Below, one piece after another: positions 58,684-64,000 of a stretch of 64,000 bases of DNA. The notes beneath the pieces are model-generated. The model searched no databases and was not told the DNA's origin. It saw only the letters and a program-made list of their open reading frames with translations. The first letter of the stretch is position 1. Every line of letters starts with the position of its first letter. Both the position numbers and the translations under genes were made by a program. The stretch is from Deltaproteobacteria bacterium (GTDB lineage Bacteria > Myxococcota_A > Polyangia > Fen-1088). The stretch lies in the NCBI GenBank assembly GCA_033763315.1, contig JANRKS010000022.1:1-64000 (forward strand), in the 5' to 3' direction.

Positions 58684-59580
58684 ATGACCGGCACCCGACA
58701 AAAATTGCGAGAGGTGGCCGTGGTAACGGCAACGCTGCTCGTGTCGCTGTTTCTGCTGCGCCAGAGCGCGAAGAACCCAGGCGAACTGTCCACCTTGGAT
58801 CGCGGGATTCTGCATCTGCTATCGCCTGTGCAAGGGGCGCTTTCATCTTTGGGCCGCAACATTGGCAACTTGGCGGGCCGCTACGTGGATCTGGTGCACG
58901 TGCGGTCTGAAAACGAAAACCTGCGGCGCGAAAACAGCCGCTTGCGTGCGGAGCTGCTTGAGGCCAAACGCGGCGCTGCGCAAAGCATTCGGCTGCAAAA
59001 GCTGCTTGACCTACGCAACGCCATCGCGTCGGAGACAATCTCGGCCCGCGTGGTGGCCATCGATACGTCGCCGTATTTCCGCGTGGCACGCGTGACCCTG
59101 GATCGAGGCGAAGGCGCGCTCACGCGTGGCATGCCTGTGATCACACCTGAAGGCGTGGTGGGCCGCATCGATCGCGTGGCCGGCAACACCGCTGACATTC
59201 AGTTGGCCGTGGATCCTCGATTTGCGCTGGATGTGTTTTTGCCGCGCACGCGCAGCCGGGGCATCTTGCGGGGCAAAGCCGGTGAAAACGGCTACCGCAG
59301 CGTTGTTGAATACTTGGCGCGCGGCGAAGAAGTGCAAGAAGGCGACATCGTGGTGACGAGTGGTTTGGGCGGCAACTTCCCGCGTGATCTGCCAGTGGGG
59401 CGCATCAGCAAGATCACTCATGGCAGCTCCCTACACCAAGAGGTGGAAGTGACACCCGATGTGGACTTCGTGCGTTTGTCTGAAGTGCTGGTGGTGATTG
59501 CCCCCGCACCAGCCCCCGATCCCGACGCAGGCACGCGCCGTGCGGTCACCCCTGCCCGCGGGATTACGGTTTACAAATGA
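58684..59580 (+). CDS. mreC: Rod shape-determining protein MreC
   Basis: TM, coiled coil ENENLRREN, GMPVITPEGVVG, VVTSGLGG.FP; follows mreB. Confidence 0.95.
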   Translation: MTGTRQKLREVAVVTATLLVSLFLLRQSAKNPGELSTLDRGILHLLSPVQGALSSLGRNIGNLAGRYVDLVHVRSENENLRRENSRLRAELLEAKRGAAQSIRLQKLLDLRNAIASETISARVVAIDTSPYFRVARVTLDRGEGALTRGMPVITPEGVVGRIDRVAGNTADIQLAVDPRFALDVFLPRTRSRGILRGKAGENGYRSVVEYLARGEEVQEGDIVVTSGLGGNFPRDLPVGRISKITHGSSLHQEVEVTPDVDFVRLSEVLVVIAPAPAPDPDAGTRRAVTPARGITVYK

Positions 59581-60128
59581 GAGCCACCGCCACCCTCATC
59601 GTCGCCATGATCTTGGTGCTGTTGCAATCCACAGTCTTGGAGCTGGCGCCCGTGCACATCGTCACCCCAGCGTGTGGCCTCTTGGTGGTGTTGCACGTGT
59701 CGTTTTCAGAACGGTGGTCGCTGTCGTCGGCGGCCCTGCTTTCTTTTGCGCTTGGTTATTTGTTCGATTTGGTGTCGGGCGCCCCGTTGGGCGTGCACGC
59801 ATTTGTGTATTTGTTGCTCAGCCAAGGCGCGCGTTTGATGTCCACGCGCGTGCTTATGCGCGGCGTGATCTTGAGCGCCGGCATCGCGTTCCTGGCCGGC
59901 CTGCTCTCCGGCTTGATCGTTGTGGTTGTGCGTGCCCAGCTGAACCCTGAGGGCGGTTACGAAGGTTTGGGCGAAGCACCTGTGGAAGCCTTGCTCACGG
60001 GTCTATTCGCGCCGCCTCTGATGTGGATGTTGCGCCAGCTTGAAGGCCGCTTGGATCCGGCGCGTCTGCGCGTGGGCCTGGCCCGCCGCCGCAAGCGTTC
60101 GTTAAGCCACGCCGCCACACAACGCTAA
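59577..60128 (+). CDS. mreD: Rod shape-determining protein MreD
   Basis: Hydrophobic; GYLFDLVSG.PLG; lies between mreC and mrdA. Confidence 0.88.
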   Translation: MRATATLIVAMILVLLQSTVLELAPVHIVTPACGLLVVLHVSFSERWSLSSAALLSFALGYLFDLVSGAPLGVHAFVYLLLSQGARLMSTRVLMRGVILSAGIAFLAGLLSGLIVVVVRAQLNPEGGYEGLGEAPVEALLTGLFAPPLMWMLRQLEGRLDPARLRVGLARRRKRSLSHAATQR

Positions 60129-60142
60129 GTTTTACGGCCGTT

Positions 60143-62125
60143 ATGGAAATCGCGGGACAAAACGCCGAACTGCCGGAGATCAGGCGACGCACACGATACT
60201 TTGCATTGCTTGTGCTGTTGGTGTTCGGCGCTTTAGGCACACGGCTGTTCTTCCTGCAGGTGCTTGAAGGCGATTCGTTTTACCGCGTGACCGCCGACAG
60301 CGTGATCCGCACTGAAATTTTGCCCGCGTTGCGCGGCGAGATCCGCGACCACCGCGGCCGCGTGTTGGCTTCGACGCGACCGGCGTACAACGTTGAGGTG
60401 GTGCCGTCGCGCTTGGACCGCGCCACGTATACGCAACTGCTGAAGATATTGGCAGACCACGATGAAGATCTGCCAGACTGGGATACGTTTTTGGCGCGTG
60501 TGGGTGACAAGAAGGACCGCCCGTTCATTGTGGCCACCGATGTCTCGCGCGAGACGATGGCGCAATTGGAGACATCGATGGATAGCCGCGGCGTTACCGT
60601 GCGCACCGAGGCGCGGCGGTTTTATCCGAATGGCCCGCTGGCCGCGAACACGCTGGGGTACCTGAACGAAGTGTCGGCCGAAGAGCTGCGCACGCTGAAA
60701 GATGAAGGTTACCGCCCCGGCGATCTGGCGGGACGCACGGGGCTTGAAAAGCAGTGGGAGCCTTACCTGCGCGGGCGAAAGGGGTTGCGTAAATACGTGG
60801 TTCCCCGACGCGGCATCGACCCCAGCACAATTGCGATCTCAGATCTTGTGTCGGGCCCCACAGAAGTGGCGCCGGTGCCAGGCGAGAACCTTGTGCTCAC
60901 GCTGGATCTCGATGTGCAAAAGGCCGCCGAGCGATCGCTGGCGCAATACCGCGCGGCCGCCGCCGTTGTGTTGGATGTCAAGACGGGCCGCATCTTGGCG
61001 ATGGTGTCGCGGCCTGGCTACGATCCCAACTCGATGTCGGGCAGCTTGAGTTCAGAAGCGGCGGCGCGTTTGTTCAGCGATCCGTTTCGACCTCTGCGTG
61101 ACCGCTGCCTGAGTGACACGTTCAACCCCGGCTCCACGTTCAAGGCCATCTCTGCAATATCGGCGATAGAGGAAGGTGTGATCACCGCGGAAGAGCGCAC
61201 CAAGTGCTACCAGTTTGTGCAAGTGGGGCGCCGCCGCTTTCGTTGCACCAAAGCTCACGGCATCGTGAATTTGCAACAGGCCATCATTCAAAGCTGCAAC
61301 GTTTTCTTCTATGAGTTGGCCATGCGCCCCGGGATGATGGGGCACCTTTCGCATTACGCAGCGATGTTGGGCCTCGGCGTGCCCACAGGCCTCGGGCTCA
61401 ACGGCGAGCAGGCTGGCTTTGTGCCCACCGAAGAGTGGCACCGCCAACAAGAGCCAACGTCATCACAGCAAGGCTTCATGATCGGCCACGCGTTGAACAC
61501 GGCCATTGGCGAAGGCGCCACGCGCGTCACGCCGATGCAGATGGCCCTGGTTTACGCCACCATCGCGGCCGACGGCGTGCTGTGGTTGCCACAGATCATC
61601 GAACGCATCGAAACCAATGATGGCCGCGTGGTGGAGGAGTTCGAGCCACGCGTGCGCAGCCACCTGACGATCGGCGCCGACACTTTGAACATCGTGCGTA
61701 AGGCGCTGGTGGGCGTGGTGAACAACCCCAAAGGCACGGCCTACAAAGCGCGTTCAAACAAGGTGACCGTGGCAGGCAAAACCGGCACGGCGCAAGCCAA
61801 CCAGATGCGCAACGTCAAGACCGGTGAACTGCCACCGATCTATGCGCGCCAAGATCACGCGTGGTTCGCTGGGTTCGCGCCGGCTGAGGCTCCTCAGATT
61901 GCGTTTGCGGTGTTGGTGGAGCACGGCGGTCACGGCGGTGATGTGGCGGCGCCCGCGGCCATCGCGATCGCCGAACGATACATGGAACTCAAAGCGGAAC
62001 GCGAAGCCGCTGACAACAAGGTGCTGCCCGTGCGGCCCAGCGCCGCCCCCACCCCGCCCGCCGCAGCCGCTCCCAACGGTGCCACGGCCGCGGAAGGGCC
62101 ACCTCCGCGCCGGCTCTCACCCTGA
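60143..62125 (+). CDS. mrdA: Penicillin-binding protein 2
   Basis: RGEIRD; PGSTFK (SxxK), SCN (SxN) and KTGTAQ motifs. Confidence 0.96.
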   Translation: MEIAGQNAELPEIRRRTRYFALLVLLVFGALGTRLFFLQVLEGDSFYRVTADSVIRTEILPALRGEIRDHRGRVLASTRPAYNVEVVPSRLDRATYTQLLKILADHDEDLPDWDTFLARVGDKKDRPFIVATDVSRETMAQLETSMDSRGVTVRTEARRFYPNGPLAANTLGYLNEVSAEELRTLKDEGYRPGDLAGRTGLEKQWEPYLRGRKGLRKYVVPRRGIDPSTIAISDLVSGPTEVAPVPGENLVLTLDLDVQKAAERSLAQYRAAAAVVLDVKTGRILAMVSRPGYDPNSMSGSLSSEAAARLFSDPFRPLRDRCLSDTFNPGSTFKAISAISAIEEGVITAEERTKCYQFVQVGRRRFRCTKAHGIVNLQQAIIQSCNVFFYELAMRPGMMGHLSHYAAMLGLGVPTGLGLNGEQAGFVPTEEWHRQQEPTSSQQGFMIGHALNTAIGEGATRVTPMQMALVYATIAADGVLWLPQIIERIETNDGRVVEEFEPRVRSHLTIGADTLNIVRKALVGVVNNPKGTAYKARSNKVTVAGKTGTAQANQMRNVKTGELPPIYARQDHAWFAGFAPAEAPQIAFAVLVEHGGHGGDVAAPAAIAIAERYMELKAEREAADNKVLPVRPSAAPTPPAAAAPNGATAAEGPPPRRLSP

Positions 62126-62134
62126 GGTTTCGTA

Positions 62135-63235
62135 ATGTTGAAAGTGTTCTCCTGGCGCAAGCTGGTGTTTCGGTTTGATTGGACCTTGGTGCTGGCCGTC
62201 ATGATGGTCATCTTCTTGGGGCTCGTGAACCTGTGGGGCTCCGTCAAAGATCAACAATACTTGTTGTTTGCGCGGCAGCTGTCGTGGCTGGGATTGGGCT
62301 TGCTGCTGTTCTTCGTGATCGCTTCAATCGATTACAGGATCATCGCACGATACGCGTATGTGCTTTACGGCATAGGCGCGTTGCTACTTGTTTCTGTGCT
62401 GATCGCGGGCAAAGTTGTGGCAGGCGCGCGACGCTGGTTTGATCTGGGGCCGTCGCACTTTCAGCCTTCTGAAATTATGAAGGTGGTTGTGATCTTGGCG
62501 GTGGGCAAATACCTCAACGACACGCCCTTGCAAGATGGCCGCACGTGGCAGCACCTGGCTGTACCGGCGGCGATCGTGGGTCTGCCTGTATTGTTGATCG
62601 CGGCGCAACCCGATCTCGGCACGGCGATGATGGTGCTCCTTATCTTCATGTCCGTGATGATCACGGCACGGCTCAAAGCCAAAACGATGTTGGGCTTGGG
62701 CGCGTTGGCGGCGCTCGCCATTGCACCGATCTGGGAGTACGGCCTGCATGATTACCAAAAAGGGCGCGTGCTGGCGTTCATCAATCCCAACCTGGATCCG
62801 GCGACGGCTTGGCAGCCACGCCAGGCGATGAACGCGGTGGGCTCGGGCCGCTTTATTGGCAAGGGTTTCTTGGAAGGATCGCAGATTCGCTTGCGCAACT
62901 TGCCAGCTTTGTGGACCGACTTCCCCTTCGCCGTCTGGGCCGAGGAATGGGGCTTTGTGGGCTGCGCCGTGGTTTTGTGCGCCTATGCGTTTTTGATATT
63001 GCGCGCACTGCGGGTGGCTTCCGAAGCGCGTGATCGCTTCGGCGCCGCTGTGTGCGTGGGCACCGCGGCCATTATCTTTTGGCAGGTGAGCGTGAACATC
63101 GGCATGGTTACAGGCGTGCTGCCCGTGGTGGGCGTGACCCTACCGTTGATCAGCTACGGCGGCTCCAGTGTGTTAACAGTGTTGGTGTCGCTGGGGCTGG
63201 TGATGAACGTTTCGGTTCGTCGTTACTCGTATTAG
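62135..63235 (+). CDS. rodA: SEDS peptidoglycan polymerase RodA
   Basis: ARRW, FQPSEIMK, QPDLGTA, TDF.F...EEWG, GVTLPLISYGGSS. Confidence 0.96.
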   Translation: MLKVFSWRKLVFRFDWTLVLAVMMVIFLGLVNLWGSVKDQQYLLFARQLSWLGLGLLLFFVIASIDYRIIARYAYVLYGIGALLLVSVLIAGKVVAGARRWFDLGPSHFQPSEIMKVVVILAVGKYLNDTPLQDGRTWQHLAVPAAIVGLPVLLIAAQPDLGTAMMVLLIFMSVMITARLKAKTMLGLGALAALAIAPIWEYGLHDYQKGRVLAFINPNLDPATAWQPRQAMNAVGSGRFIGKGFLEGSQIRLRNLPALWTDFPFAVWAEEWGFVGCAVVLCAYAFLILRALRVASEARDRFGAAVCVGTAAIIFWQVSVNIGMVTGVLPVVGVTLPLISYGGSSVLTVLVSLGLVMNVSVRRYSY

Positions 63236-64000
63236 AACCAAGTGGTTGCCCCAAGGGTGAGCGTGTCTTGCGACCTTCGATTGGCGACGTACGGTACCAC
63301 GTTGCCAACGCCCGCCACGTTGGATCCAAAATAGATGTCGCCTCCTGCGTGATCATGCCGGAACTCGAGACGGAACGAGGCACGGTCGTGCGGCCGATAA
63401 TCGATCGTCGCGGTGCCTGACGAAACCCAAGCCGTGGGCCAGAAGATCGGCGATTCTCGGCCCTCGCCGTTTTGCGCGACGTCCTGCCGAAACGCATCGG
63501 CTCGCAACGCGAGGAAAAGGCGATCGACAAGGAGGATGCGGCCGTATATTGCACCCGCTGCCCAATGGCTTCCACCAAAGCGGGTGCGCTCGAAACCCCC
63601 ATTGGCGTGAACCATGGCAGACACGCGTGGGCTCACATGCCAGGTAAGATGTGCGTCCACCAAATGCCGCCACCCGCTGCCTTCTGACGCCGCCGGGGCG
63701 CGCTCGACGCCGCCGAAGTAAAGCAGCGACAAGATCACTTTCGGTTGCGTATAGGCCAGCTGCAACGAGAGTGATTTCTGACTGTTGTTGTCGACGACGG
63801 AATTCCAGCCGTTGTAAATCGCTGCGGTGGCCGCCCAAGCCTTTGACAAGGCGTACTGCAGCCGTACCCCTGTATGATAAAACGGCAGCCCATAGAACAG
63901 ATTTGAACGCGACCAGTTCCAATTGTCTCGCACGGCCATCGACTCTGGGCCTATGGGCGACAGGAAAACGCCAGCCGAAGCCGTGACCGCGTCGCCAAAG
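63232..64000 (-). CDS. Outer-membrane beta-barrel porin (BBP2/DUF1597-like), 5' end outside the window
   Basis: Frame open to the window edge: GVFLSPIGPES...DNWNWSRS..F..LPFYHTG, NGWN; ends in WF. Confidence 0.8.
   Translation of the reverse strand, partial: FGDAVTASAGVFLSPIGPESMAVRDNWNWSRSNLFYGLPFYHTGVRLQYALSKAWAATAAIYNGWNSVVDNNSQKSLSLQLAYTQPKVILSLLYFGGVERAPAASEGSGWRHLVDAHLTWHVSPRVSAMVHANGGFERTRFGGSHWAAGAIYGRILLVDRLFLALRADAFRQDVAQNGEGRESPIFWPTAWVSSGTATIDYRPHDRASFRLEFRHDHAGGDIYFGSNVAGVGNVVPYVANRRSQDTLTLGATTWF

Overview
GC-rich bacterial DNA, most likely Myxococcota (inferred from Gly-rich-linker lipoproteins, an ECF/anti-sigma/caspase module, a giant TPR gene and the style of the mreBCD-mrdA-rodA cluster). 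Layout: (1) 1-2.2 kb, a decayed IS66 cut off by an intact IS481; (2) 2.2-17.1 kb, an auxiliary T6SS effector island: vgrG-TPR-like gene-PAAR/Rhs toxin-immunity on the minus strand, and a divergent three-gene operon that may encode partner, large toxin and ankyrin immunity; (3) 17-43 kb, secreted and lipoprotein genes plus carbohydrate-use genes (clan GH-A hydrolase/MFS/epimerase; ECF-anti-sigma-caspase between CBM9 genes; XylR-Gfo-TIM barrel-PVC heme/DUF1080 cluster); (4) fbaA; (5) 44-49.6 kb, a phosphate locus: alkaline phosphatase, VTC polyphosphate polymerase, DUF4956, DUF2490 barrel and an exported dikinase lipoprotein with glucan-water-dikinase domain order; (6) giant TPR gene, PpiD-like gene, mreBCD-mrdA-rodA and a truncated porin. 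The best candidate for an undescribed system is the VTC-DUF4956-DUF2490-exported dikinase operon, possibly polyphosphate-powered extracytoplasmic phosphorylation. No tRNA, rRNA or CRISPR array was seen. All family calls come from motif recognition by eye, not database searches.
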